Of a stretch of DNA of 64,000 bases, positions 1 to 8,484 are shown piece after piece. Position numbers and translations under genes: made by a program. This DNA is from a virus. Lineage: Duplodnaviria > Caudoviricetes. Where the stretch lies: IMG/VR virus record IMGVR_UViG_2773857766_000004, positions 32,001 to 96,000 of that record; one strand, 5' to 3'. Each line of letters starts with the position of its first letter. The first letter of the stretch is position 1. The notes under the pieces were generated by a model. The model was not told the origin of the DNA. It saw only the letters and a list, made by a program, of their open reading frames with translations, and did not search any database.

Positions 1-616
1 CACCCAGCCGGCCCTGGCCCAGCGCGCGAACGTCTCCCAAGGGACGATCGGGAACATCGAATCGGGGCTGCGCAAGCGCCCCCGCGACTTACTTGCTATC
101 GCTGCCGCGCTGCATGTGTCCCCGTTGTGGCTTGAGACCGGACAAGGCCTTATGCACGGTGACCACGATCAGGCCAACGTTTCGACCGCCCCTGCGTCGA
201 TGAGGCCGCGCCGCTACCCGGTTATTTCTTCAGTGCAGGCGGGCGAATGGGAGGAGATCGTGGACCAGTTCTCACCCGGGGATGCGGAGGATTGGCAGGA
301 CAGTCCTGTGGATCTCGGGCCGAACGGGTTTGTGCTGAAGCTGGAGGGCAGTTCAATGACCAACCCCGCAGGTGGTAGAGACAATTTCCCCGAGGGTATG
401 TATGTGCACATCCACCCAGGAGTTGAAGCTCAACCTGGCGACTATGTGGTGGCGAAGCGCGAAGCGGACAACAAGGCGACCTTCAAAAAGCTGGTGCGCG
501 TTGATGGTGAGCAGTTTCTTCACGCCATTAATCCAGCGTGGCCGAAGCCCTATATAAAGCTTGAGCCGGGCGACAGAATTATAGGGAAATTAAAGTTTGC
601 TGGATGGAGTTTTTAA
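1..616 (+). CDS. cI: CI-type phage repressor (HTH plus S24 autopeptidase), 5' end outside the window
   Basis: Frame from nt 2 reads TQPALAQRANVSQGTIGNIESG (HTH); VQAG cleavage site, GSSM catalytic Ser, TFKKL catalytic Lys. Confidence 0.93.
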   Translation, partial: TQPALAQRANVSQGTIGNIESGLRKRPRDLLAIAAALHVSPLWLETGQGLMHGDHDQANVSTAPASMRPRRYPVISSVQAGEWEEIVDQFSPGDAEDWQDSPVDLGPNGFVLKLEGSSMTNPAGGRDNFPEGMYVHIHPGVEAQPGDYVVAKREADNKATFKKLVRVDGEQFLHAINPAWPKPYIKLEPGDRIIGKLKFAGWSF

Positions 617-627
617 AGGAGAGAGGG

Positions 628-963
628 ATGAGAAGATATTTAGCACTGGCTGCAATGTTTATTGGTTGCACAGCCAACGCAGCACCCCTGCCAAAAATAA
701 ATGAAGCAGAATTACGCAAGGAATTCACTTCCCTGAAAGACCCGGATAGCGCCAAGTTTCGGAATATAAAGCTTGCAAAAACGGACACGGCGGGTGCGTG
801 GGTTATGTGTGGTGAAGTAAACGCGAAAAATTCCTATGGCGGATATGCTGGTTTTGGAAGATTTATGGGAATGCTATTCACTGAAGGGCGGAAAACCACG
901 TACCTCGTGATGACGATCGACAACGATTCCGCAAACGTCATGTGCGAAAAGCACGGTCTGTAA
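628..963 (+). CDS. Secreted/periplasmic moron protein (LKDPxSA...CGEVNAKNSYGGY family)
   Basis: Signal peptide MRRYLALAAMFIGCTANA; AT-richer than flanks; directly downstream of cI. Confidence 0.8.
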   Translation: MRRYLALAAMFIGCTANAAPLPKINEAELRKEFTSLKDPDSAKFRNIKLAKTDTAGAWVMCGEVNAKNSYGGYAGFGRFMGMLFTEGRKTTYLVMTIDNDSANVMCEKHGL

Positions 964-989
964 ATAAATGCCGCATTGGAGGATGAAAA

Positions 990-1106
990 TTGGCTAACGC
1001 ACCCGCACCCGCACCCCAACCACCAGTTCCGCCGCCAACCCCTCAACCGCCAATATCACCACCACCGCCCATGAAAAACGAGTGGATCAGAAAGAGCCTG
1101 AGGTAA
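990..1106 (+). CDS. Pro-rich micropeptide 1 (38 aa, TTG start; not in ORF track)
   Basis: GGAGG SD upstream; reads (M)ANAPAPAPQPPVPPPTPQPPISPPPPMKNEWIRKSLR. Confidence 0.5.
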   Translation: MANAPAPAPQPPVPPPTPQPPISPPPPMKNEWIRKSLR

Positions 1107-1108
1107 AA

Positions 1109-1222
1109 ATGCTCAACCCGACGACAGCAGAAGCGACTCAGTCGCCTCCACCGCCACCGCCACCGTCGCCTCCGCCTCCCATGAAGGACTTTGGGTTTCG
1201 GGATGGCTGGCCAAAAAAGTAA
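1109..1222 (+). CDS. Pro-rich micropeptide 2 (37 aa; not in ORF track)
   Basis: GAGGT SD overlapping the previous stop; reads MLNPTTAEATQSPPPPPPSPPPPMKDFGFRDGWPKK. Confidence 0.55.
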   Translation: MLNPTTAEATQSPPPPPPPSPPPPMKDFGFRDGWPKK

Positions 1223-1732
1223 TCACCGTGCAAGGCAAAAAATGAGCACCACCGCAGGTACAAGGGGGGTACAAATGGTGGCAGCTCGATAGCTCATGTC
1301 CAGCGCCTCTGCTCGATCCACGCAACCCGTCGCGTACTCACGCGCACGGGTGTGCTCGAGTATTAACTCAGCTCTGCGAGTGACGGCAAGGGCGGAGTTC
1401 GAATCGTGCCCTTCCGCTATCCTATCGTCGTAATAATCAATTATGTTCCCCGCAGGGTTGCCGGGAGATAGGCGACGCGAAATTGCCCCGCTCCAGATCA
1501 GCTGGGCCGCAATTCCAAACCAGCTCATCGCGAGCGCAGCCACGGGAGCCCAAGCAACCGGCGTCACGCCGTCAACACCGATCTTTCCCAGGGCATAGGC
1601 ACCCAGCGCGCCGCCACCGCCCACAAGCACCGTCGCGAACTTGTAGGAGCGCTCATAGAAGTCGTCGTAGGTCTGACGCAGCACCGCCATCGTCGCGCCC
1701 GATCTTTTCTCAACGTACTCCAGCTCGTCCAT
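1223..1732 (-). CDS. Membrane protein with about 3 TM segments (immunity-region moron)
   Basis: GGAGGAG SD before ATG at 1732; three hydrophobic segments; convergent with the cI operon. Confidence 0.75.
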   Translation of the reverse strand: MDELEYVEKRSGATMAVLRQTYDDFYERSYKFATVLVGGGGALGAYALGKIGVDGVTPVAWAPVAALAMSWFGIAAQLIWSGAISRRLSPGNPAGNIIDYYDDRIAEGHDSNSALAVTRRAELILEHTRAREYATGCVDRAEALDMSYRAATICTPLVPAVVLIFCLAR

Positions 1733-1799
1733 CGACGCTCCTCCCGAGGTTGCCTGTGCATGGCGACATGATGCCGCGTGTTGACTCGCGTCGCGACCC

Positions 1800-1826
1800 A
1801 GCCCACCCACCGCGGTGGGCTTTTCT
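1800..1826 (+). terminator. Intrinsic terminator closing the cI operon
   Basis: AGCCCACC-6nt-GGTGGGCT followed by a T tract. Confidence 0.65.
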
Positions 1827-1890
1827 ACGTCCATCTCAACCATGTTCATTCCTTCGCCCGAGGGAGCGCAGAAGAAATTTTACCCAAATC

Positions 1891-1930
1891 TCACGATTGT
1901 GTTGACACGTCAATTCACGTTCGTGATAAT
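1891..1930 (+). promoter_or_regulatory. pL-type early promoter with two repressor operators
   Basis: TTGACA (1902-1907), 17-nt spacer, GATAAT (1925-1930); palindrome TCACGTTCGTGA (1915-1926) and variant TCACGATTGTGT (1891-1902). Confidence 0.85.
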
Positions 1931-1990
1931 TCACCCATCGCAGCCCCAGCTGGCAAGCGATGGGCCTCCGGATCGACGGGAGCCCCAGAG

Positions 1991-2002
1991 GCTCCTTAAA
2001 AC
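1991..2002 (+). promoter_or_regulatory. boxA-like antitermination element
   Basis: GCTCCTTAAAAC about 60 nt after the -10 box, resembling lambdoid boxA GCTCTTTAACA. Confidence 0.5.
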
Positions 2003-2439
2003 AGCGAGAGGATGAACAGGTGGCCGCCTGGCCGCCCTGCCCCTGATCCCGTGCGGCAGAAGCAAAAGCACACGCAGCGCACCCCTTTTGGAACGTGCGG
2101 CGACCCACCGGCCCCGAAGCCGGAGGTGGGGAGAACACGGCACCCGATAGTGATCGGGCACGCGGCGCCAGGCCGCCGCGGGAGCCCGTGACAGGGGAAG
2201 AAGTCCGCAACCCTCTTCGGAGGGCCATCACATCGGTCCATTGTCGCGACCCAGGTCGGTGCCAGTTGCAGTGGCCCGATGTGATGGCGACGACAACAAG
2301 CGAGTCAGGCGTCCCTGCCTGTTTCGTCATCAAGAGCGGGGCGGGGGTTCCTGGCCGTGTGCGCAGCAGGTGGAAGCCCTGCCCCCATTCCATGCGCCCT
2401 CCCGTCGAGGGCGTTTCTGTTTTTCAAGGAGCAACCACC

Positions 2440-2607
2440 ATGACAGCAACTCTCACCAAGCCCCTCACCTTCGCCCTCGCAGGCCGCCTCGTGACCAGCA
2501 GCAAGGAGGCCACGGCCATCCTGATCGACGCGATCAGGACCAGAAAGACCTGGCTCGAGCCCCAGGCGCGCAGCGTCCGCGCGAAGTTGCGCGCTGCAGG
2601 ACAGTGA
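2440..2607 (+). CDS. Small basic early protein (55 aa)
   Basis: AAGGAG SD, ATG 2440; first ORF after the pL leader. Confidence 0.7.
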   Translation: MTATLTKPLTFALAGRLVTSSKEATAILIDAIRTRKTWLEPQARSVRAKLRAAGQ

Positions 2608-2770
2608 TCACCGCGCAGCGCCTGCCCACAGCGGGTGCTGCCCAGTGCGATCCGTCGCATCCCGTTTCAGCCGCGCGCCCCGTCTCCTCCCCCTCCCTCT
2701 CATCTTGGGGCGCACCCAGGCGGCTTTTTCTTCCCCTCCCTCCCCGGCCGGAAGCCGGCACTCGATCATC

Positions 2771-3004
2771 ATGAGCCCCAAAGAAATCCAGGTCGGAAAA
2801 ACCTATGTGAACCGCGGCCAGGGCCGCACGCGCCGCACGGTTATCACCATTGGACCGAAACATGTGCCGCGCTGCTGGCACGGCTGGACGAAGCCTCCAG
2901 CGGGCACGCCGGGTGTGCTCTTCGAGCAGAACGGCCGGCGCGAAAACCTCTACCTCTCCAGCTTCGCTGCCTGGGCCGGCAAGGAAGCCCCCAACGAGGG
3001 CTGA
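2771..3004 (+). CDS. Small early protein (77 aa)
   Basis: ATG 2771, MSPKEIQVGKTYVNRG...; GC3-rich codons. Confidence 0.7.
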   Translation: MSPKEIQVGKTYVNRGQGRTRRTVITIGPKHVPRCWHGWTKPPAGTPGVLFEQNGRRENLYLSSFAAWAGKEAPNEG

Positions 3005-3155
3005 CACACCATTTCCGGCGTCCTGCTCAGGGCCGCCTTTCCACCGCGCCGGGGGAGTTCTCCTCCCCTCTCTCTCTTCCCCCGGCACGCCCCCTGGGGC
3101 AGCGGTCTTTCTACAACCCGGCCCCGCCCGGGGCCCCAGCCCCACGGAGCCTCGC

Positions 3156-3377
3156 ATGCCTGACGATTTCGTGCTGCCCTACCGCGACCCTGCCGGGAAG
3201 CGTTTCGTGCTCATCGGTCCCAGCTGCTACGGCCCCGTGCCCACCTTCCTGCGGTCGGTGGCCGATGTGCGCTGGCTGCTGCAGCAGTACCGGGCAGACG
3301 GATGCCACGCTGGCGTCACCGCCTGGCAGCGCCCGACGGCCGCGGCGCCGTGGCAGCTGATGCCTGCCGCGGCCTGA
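3156..3377 (+). CDS. Small early protein (73 aa)
   Basis: GGAG SD, ATG 3156, MPDDFVLPYRDPAG... Confidence 0.65.
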   Translation: MPDDFVLPYRDPAGKRFVLIGPSCYGPVPTFLRSVADVRWLLQQYRADGCHAGVTAWQRPTAAAPWQLMPAAA

Positions 3378-3509
3378 CGCGCCCACCACCTTCCCAGCCG
3401 GGCCGGGGGCTCTCCTCCCTCCCTCTCTCTTCCCCCTGCAGCCCTTCGATGGGCAACCGGCTTTTTCTCTACCAGCCCGCCTTCTGCGGGCTTTTTTTCA
3501 CCCTGAGCC

Positions 3510-6017
3510 ATGACCGACCCCTACCTCGATTTCCTGCGCAAGAAGATCAAGCTCGCCAACTTCGCCGGCTTCGACGTGGCACCAGAAGAGGTGAACCCGA
3601 AGCTGAAGCCCCACACCCGCGACATCGTGCGCTGGGCGGCCAAGGGCGGGTGCCGGGCGATCTTCGCGAGCTTCGGCTTGCACAAGACCGTGACGGCGCT
3701 GGAGCTGATGCGCTTGGTGGGCACGCACCGGCCCGGTATTCGCGGCATCGTCGCGCCGCTCGGCGTGCGCCATGAGTTCATCGGCCAGGCCGCGGAGCAT
3801 TTCCAGGGCGCCCACGCCATCGACGTGCGCTTCGTCCGCCGGGACAGCGAGATCGACGATGAGCGCACCATCTACCTCACCAACTACGAGGCCATCCGCG
3901 AGGGCAACATCAGCCCCGCGCGGTGGATCGCATCCAACCTGGACGAGGCGGATGTGCTGCGCAGCTACGGCAGCAAGACCTACCAGGAGTTCCTGCCAGC
4001 CTTCGCACCGGTGGAGTTCAAGTTCGTGCAGACGGCCACGCCCAGCCCGAACCGGTACAAGGAGCTGATCCACTACGCCGGATACCTGGGGGTGATGGAC
4101 ACGGGCCAGGCCCTGACCCGGTTCTTCCAGCGCGACAGCGAGCAGGCCGGCAACCTCACCCTGTACCCCCACAAGGAAAAGGAATTCTGGCTGTGGGTGG
4201 CGTCCTGGGCCGTATTCATCCAGCGGCCCAGCGATCTCGGCCACTCCGACGACGGCTACGACCTGCCGGCTCTGGACGTGCGGTATCACGAGGTGCAGAG
4301 CAACTATGAGACCGCTGGCGCCGAGAAGAGCGGTCAGGGGCTGCTGATCCCCGATGTGGCTTTGGGCCTGTCGGCCGCCGCGAGCGAGAAGCGCGCCAGC
4401 ATGCCCGCGCGGATCGACAAGGTGCGCGAGATCGTGAACGCTGATCCGCAGGACAGCTTCGTCATCTGGCACGACCTCGAAGACGAGCGCCACGCCCTGC
4501 AGGAAGCGATTCCGGAGGCCGTGAGCGTGTGGGGCACGCAGGATCTGGATGAGCGAGAGGACCGCATCGTGGGCTTCGGCGATGGCGCGTTCCGGCTGCT
4601 GTCCACCAAACCGGTCATCGCCGGCGCGGGCTGCAATTTCCAGCGGCACTGCCACCGCGAGGTGTTCGCTGGCATCGGCTTCAAGTTCAGGGATTTCATC
4701 CAGGCCATCCACCGCGTGCACCGCTTCGGGCAGACCAAGCCGGTGCGCATCGACATCATCCACACCGAGGCCGAACGGGAGGTGCTGCGCACGCTGCAGG
4801 AGAAGTGGCGGCAGCACGACGAAGTGCAGGCCCAGATGAGCAGCCTGATCCGCACCTACGGCCTGGACCAGCTGGCCATGCATGAGACGCTGGCCAGGAC
4901 GATCGGTGTGGAGCGGCGGGTTGTCAAGAGCGACCTCTTCGAGGTGGCCCACAACGACTGCGTGCTGGAGGCTCGCGAGCAGCCGGAGAACTCGGTGGAC
5001 CTGATCGTGACCAGCATCCCGTTCGCCAACCACTACGAGTACAGCCCCAGCTATAACGACTTCGGGCACACGGAGGGCAATGCGCACTTCTGGGAGCAGA
5101 TGGACTTCTTGACGCCGGAGCTGTACCGGATCCTGAAGCCCGGGCGGATCGCGGCGATCCATGTGAAAGACCGGGTGCTGTTCGGGAACGTGACCGGTCT
5201 GGGACGGCCCAGCATGGACTACTTCCACGAGGAGGCGTCCATGCACCTGCGCAAGCACGGCTTCCACAAGCTGGCCATCGTGACCATCACCACCGATGTG
5301 GTGCGAGAGAACAACCAGACCTACCGCCTGAGCTACTCGGAGATGTGCAAGGACGGCACCAAGATGGGCACGGGCTGCAGCGAGTACCTGCTGGTGTTCT
5401 TCAAGCCCCAGACCGACCTCTCGCGCGGGTATGCCGATGTGCCGGTGGCCCGGGCCAAGGCGGACTACAGCCTCGGCCGTTGGCAGATCGACGCGCATGC
5501 CTACTGGCGCTCGAGCGGCGACCGGCTGCTGTCTGCCGAGGAGATGGCGGCCATGGGCCCGGGCAAGCTGGCGAAGTTCTTCACGGACGACAGCATGCGG
5601 AGGATCTACGACTACCGGCGTCACGTCGCCATCGGCGAGCAGTTGGAGGAGCGCGGCGCCCTGCCCCGCGAATTCGCCTGCCTGCAGCCCGGGAGCCCCG
5701 ACCCGAACGTGTGGACCGACATCGCGCGCATGCGAACCCTGAACGGGGAACAAGCCAACCGGTCCGTCGAGAAGCACATCTGCCCGCTGCAGTTCGACAT
5801 CGTGGACCGCGCGATCGAACGCTGGAGCATGCGTGGCGAGAAGGTATATGACCCGTTCCACGGGCTCGGCACGGTCGGCGTGCGCGCCATCAAGCTCGGC
5901 CGGCGCGCCGGCGGGAGTGAACTGAACCCGGGCTACTTCGCCGACCAGGTGCACTACCTACAGGCGGCCGAGCGTGAGGCCAGCATGCCGTCGCTCTTTG
6001 ACACCCTGGAGGCCTGA
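3510..6017 (+). CDS. SNF2-like helicase domain fused to an N4/N6 DNA methyltransferase
   Basis: FASFGLHKT, LDEAD, TATPSPN, QAIHRVHRFGQ helicase motifs; DLIVTSIPF (motif IV) and YDPFHGLGT (motif I). Confidence 0.88.
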   Translation: MTDPYLDFLRKKIKLANFAGFDVAPEEVNPKLKPHTRDIVRWAAKGGCRAIFASFGLHKTVTALELMRLVGTHRPGIRGIVAPLGVRHEFIGQAAEHFQGAHAIDVRFVRRDSEIDDERTIYLTNYEAIREGNISPARWIASNLDEADVLRSYGSKTYQEFLPAFAPVEFKFVQTATPSPNRYKELIHYAGYLGVMDTGQALTRFFQRDSEQAGNLTLYPHKEKEFWLWVASWAVFIQRPSDLGHSDDGYDLPALDVRYHEVQSNYETAGAEKSGQGLLIPDVALGLSAAASEKRASMPARIDKVREIVNADPQDSFVIWHDLEDERHALQEAIPEAVSVWGTQDLDEREDRIVGFGDGAFRLLSTKPVIAGAGCNFQRHCHREVFAGIGFKFRDFIQAIHRVHRFGQTKPVRIDIIHTEAEREVLRTLQEKWRQHDEVQAQMSSLIRTYGLDQLAMHETLARTIGVERRVVKSDLFEVAHNDCVLEAREQPENSVDLIVTSIPFANHYEYSPSYNDFGHTEGNAHFWEQMDFLTPELYRILKPGRIAAIHVKDRVLFGNVTGLGRPSMDYFHEEASMHLRKHGFHKLAIVTITTDVVRENNQTYRLSYSEMCKDGTKMGTGCSEYLLVFFKPQTDLSRGYADVPVARAKADYSLGRWQIDAHAYWRSSGDRLLSAEEMAAMGPGKLAKFFTDDSMRRIYDYRRHVAIGEQLEERGALPREFACLQPGSPDPNVWTDIARMRTLNGEQANRSVEKHICPLQFDIVDRAIERWSMRGEKVYDPFHGLGTVGVRAIKLGRRAGGSELNPGYFADQVHYLQAAEREASMPSLFDTLEA

Positions 6018-6075
6018 TCCGCCTCGCCCCTCCGAGCCCGCCGCGTGCGGGCTCTTTTCGTTTCTGGAGAACCCC

Positions 6076-6363
6076 ATGGACTTACACCACCCCGCCATGC
6101 GCGACACCACGCAAGCCCCGCCCGCGGAGGCCCCCGGCACGTTCCTAGGCACCGCCGCTCTGGCGGTCCTGGCCTTCGGGCTGCTGATCTGGGCCCAGCA
6201 CGACGACAGCCAGGCCGACACCCGCCACCGGGCAGCCGCCGAGCAGGCCCACGTCGAAGCCGCCGAAGAGCGCCGCGCCGCCGCTGCGGCCCGCGCATGC
6301 GAGCCCGGCACCACCCCCGCCTGGATCGACGCCACCACCGTGCAGTGCCTGCGCGCCCGCTGA
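6076..6363 (+). CDS. Small membrane-anchored phage protein
   Basis: GGAGA SD; one TM segment; C-terminal Cys pair. Confidence 0.7.
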   Translation: MDLHHPAMRDTTQAPPAEAPGTFLGTAALAVLAFGLLIWAQHDDSQADTRHRAAAEQAHVEAAEERRAAAAARACEPGTTPAWIDATTVQCLRAR

Positions 6364-6418
6364 TCGCCCCTTCCCTCAACCGGCCCGCCGCGCGCGGGCC
6401 TTTTTCATGGAGAACCCC

Positions 6419-6835
6419 GTGGCAAAGCTCATCAACCCCACCCTGCAGGCCAAGCGCCAGTCGGTGGTCGATTTCCTCGCCCACGCCGTGCCGAGCGTGG
6501 CCGAGGAGGCGACCGACGGCCTCAACGACCTCGTGCACGCCACCACCGAAACCGGCAAGGGCGGCGAAATGACCATCAAGATCAAGATGCGCCCTATTGG
6601 CGGCAAGGCCGGCCAGATGGAGATCGAGGCCGAGGTGAAGACGAAGCTGCCGCAGCCCACGCGCGGCAAGACCATCCTCTTCGCGACCGCCGACAACAAC
6701 CTGCAGCGCACCGACCCCCGCCAGCAGACCCTGGACGGCGTCCGCGACGTGAACCAGGAATCCGTCGCCCAGCAGGGTGGGGTGCGCACCGTCGCGCCCG
6801 AGGCGAAGCAGGCCTTGCGCGCCGTCACCCACTGA
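6419..6835 (+). CDS. Conserved phage protein that usually precedes DUF2303
   Basis: GTG after GGAGA SD; motifs TGKGG.MTIKI and FATADNNLQRTDPRQ. Confidence 0.8.
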   Translation: MAKLINPTLQAKRQSVVDFLAHAVPSVAEEATDGLNDLVHATTETGKGGEMTIKIKMRPIGGKAGQMEIEAEVKTKLPQPTRGKTILFATADNNLQRTDPRQQTLDGVRDVNQESVAQQGGVRTVAPEAKQALRAVTH

Positions 6836-6871
6836 CCCCCTTCCCCAACCTGTCCACTTCAAGGAGCACCC

Positions 6872-7708
6872 ATGGACATGAACCAGTCCCAGACTGAAAC
6901 CGCGGCGCAGGAAATCATCGCCGCCAGCAACCAGCACATCCGCGACGTGTACGGCACGCCGCTGGTGATCTTGCCGGCAGGCTTCAACGTGCACCTGCTG
7001 CCCCAGCTGCTGGAGGCCCCCACCCGCAAGAAGGGTACGACGGTCCTGAACGATGCAGCGTCGTTCGTGGCCGTGGTGAACGACCAGAAGGGCGAGGACA
7101 CCCGGCTGTTCAGCACCATCGACCCGCCCACCTTCACGGCGGTGTTCAACCACATCGCGGAGGCCGCCGGCTGGGGCGACCACCGCGCGAAGTACAACGC
7201 CCCGCTGGCCCCCGAGTGGGCGGCCTGGACCGGCATGGACGGCAAGAAGCAGAACCAGGTGGACCTCGCCCAGTTCATCGAGAACAACTTGGTGGACGTG
7301 GCATTCCTGGAACCCAAGGATGGGCACCCCGGCAGCCCGGACGGTTCCACGCTGCTGGAGGTGTGCCGCACGCTCGAGGCCAAGAAGAAGGTGGACTTCA
7401 AGTCCGCGATCCGCCTGGCAGATGGCAGCACGCAATTCACGTACGACGAGGACGTGCAGGGCAGCGCGCGCCAGGGCCAGTTGCAGGTGCCCGAGCAGTT
7501 CAGCCTCGCCATCCCCGTGTTCGAGAACGGCGCCAAGTGGCGCGTGGACGTGCGGCTGCGCTACCGCATTCAGGACGGCGGCAACCTGGTGATGTGGCTA
7601 GAGCTGATCCGCCCGCAGAAGGTGATCGAGGGCGCGGTGCTGGAGCTGCGCGAGCAGATCGCCAAGGACACCGGCCTGCAGATCCTGAACGGCACGCCCA
7701 GCTCCTGA
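6872..7708 (+). CDS. DUF2303 (YfdQ-like) family protein
   Basis: GWGDHRAKY, Q.DLAQFIE.N, IPVFE, RLRYR motifs. Confidence 0.85.
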   Translation: MDMNQSQTETAAQEIIAASNQHIRDVYGTPLVILPAGFNVHLLPQLLEAPTRKKGTTVLNDAASFVAVVNDQKGEDTRLFSTIDPPTFTAVFNHIAEAAGWGDHRAKYNAPLAPEWAAWTGMDGKKQNQVDLAQFIENNLVDVAFLEPKDGHPGSPDGSTLLEVCRTLEAKKKVDFKSAIRLADGSTQFTYDEDVQGSARQGQLQVPEQFSLAIPVFENGAKWRVDVRLRYRIQDGGNLVMWLELIRPQKVIEGAVLELREQIAKDTGLQILNGTPSS

Positions 7709-7746
7709 GAGAGCGGCCGCCACCAGCGGCCCATGACGGGCTGGAT

Positions 7747-8007
7747 TTATCCGCCCGTCACCTCTCGGACTACATGCTGCCCGTAATGCACGGCGGCGAT
7801 CCGCGCGAGGTCATCTGTCGGATAACTCTGATCCTTGAGCGGGCGCCGATCTACGACCGTCTCGATCCGATGGCCCCCTGCTGGGTGCCGGTCAATGCGG
7901 TAGTAGGCGGCCCAGCTGCCATCGGGCAGTTGCACTGCGTCGCCGTAGACCAGGAAATCCCCCTCTTGCCAAGGATTCAGGGTCGGCAGGTGCTCAACGT
8001 TTTCCAT
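7747..8007 (-). CDS. Small antisense moron protein (86 aa)
   Basis: GAAGGAGGT SD; beta-rich N-terminus and C-terminal YPT..A..AA helix. Confidence 0.75.
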   Translation of the reverse strand: MENVEHLPTLNPWQEGDFLVYGDAVQLPDGSWAAYYRIDRHPAGGHRIETVVDRRPLKDQSYPTDDLARIAAVHYGQHVVREVTGG

Positions 8008-8017
8008 GGCACCTCCT

Positions 8018-8305
8018 TCATCCGCGATGGCTGCTGCCGGCGTCAATTTGACGGGCCGCCGCTTCAAATGCCGCGTCCCTTGCCGCACGCGCGGTCGGGT
8101 AACCCGAGCTGGGGAGAGGGACCTTCACATCTTTGCCGTTTTCCCCCACTACGTACGCGTGAGCGATGAAGTCATCCGAGAGGACGTTCCACCCGAGATG
8201 CACTCGGATCCGGCTTCCTTTGTAAGGCGACTCCCATCTTTGGGGCGATTCTTCGGTGCCAATCTTGACTGGTCGGATCCGGTCGTCAGAACTTACGATT
8301 TTCAT
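8018..8305 (-). CDS. Small antisense moron protein (95 aa), similar architecture to its neighbour
   Basis: AAGGAGGT SD; ends YPTARAARDAAFEAAARQID. Confidence 0.75.
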   Translation of the reverse strand: MKIVSSDDRIRPVKIGTEESPQRWESPYKGSRIRVHLGWNVLSDDFIAHAYVVGENGKDVKVPLPSSGYPTARAARDAAFEAAARQIDAGSSHRG

Positions 8306-8484
8306 CTCCACCTCCTTGGTTGAGCATCGAGTATGACCGAATACACCACCGGCGGGCGAGCGCCTCATACTTTTGGGCGAGGGCCGCGAGCCCGCCTGAT
8401 CGCCCCACCCCACCAGCCCGCCATGCGCGGGCTTTTTTCATTCTCCCGAGGACACCATGCCCGCACCGAAGAAGGAAACGTGAC

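Larger units (their letters stand above)
2669..3468 (+). repeat. Three dispersed structured repeats with CU-rich loops (2669-2730, 3029-3112, 3396-3468)
   Basis: Each has a closing stem, a GC stem with a TCTCCTCCC...CTCTC loop, and a T tract. Confidence 0.75.

Noticed and set aside
548-553. CCCTAT in cI, also 6592 and plus-strand ATAGGG near 47838 and 56467, as further late-promoter copies
   Set aside because: All lie inside coding regions; three lack the GY prefix, and the GCATAGGG near 56467 is on the wrong strand with no RAnnnT hexamer 24 nt downstream
2669-3468. CRISPR-like array
   Set aside because: Units diverge in sequence, are separated by about 300 nt containing ORFs, and no cas genes are present
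3498-5954. Long antisense ORFs such as 3498-5954 (-), 15680-17791 (+), 24964-29214 (+), 51607-54018 (+) and 57314-59254 (+)
   Set aside because: Shadow frames of real genes in high-GC DNA; no motifs or SD, and fully overlapped by well-supported genes on the other strand
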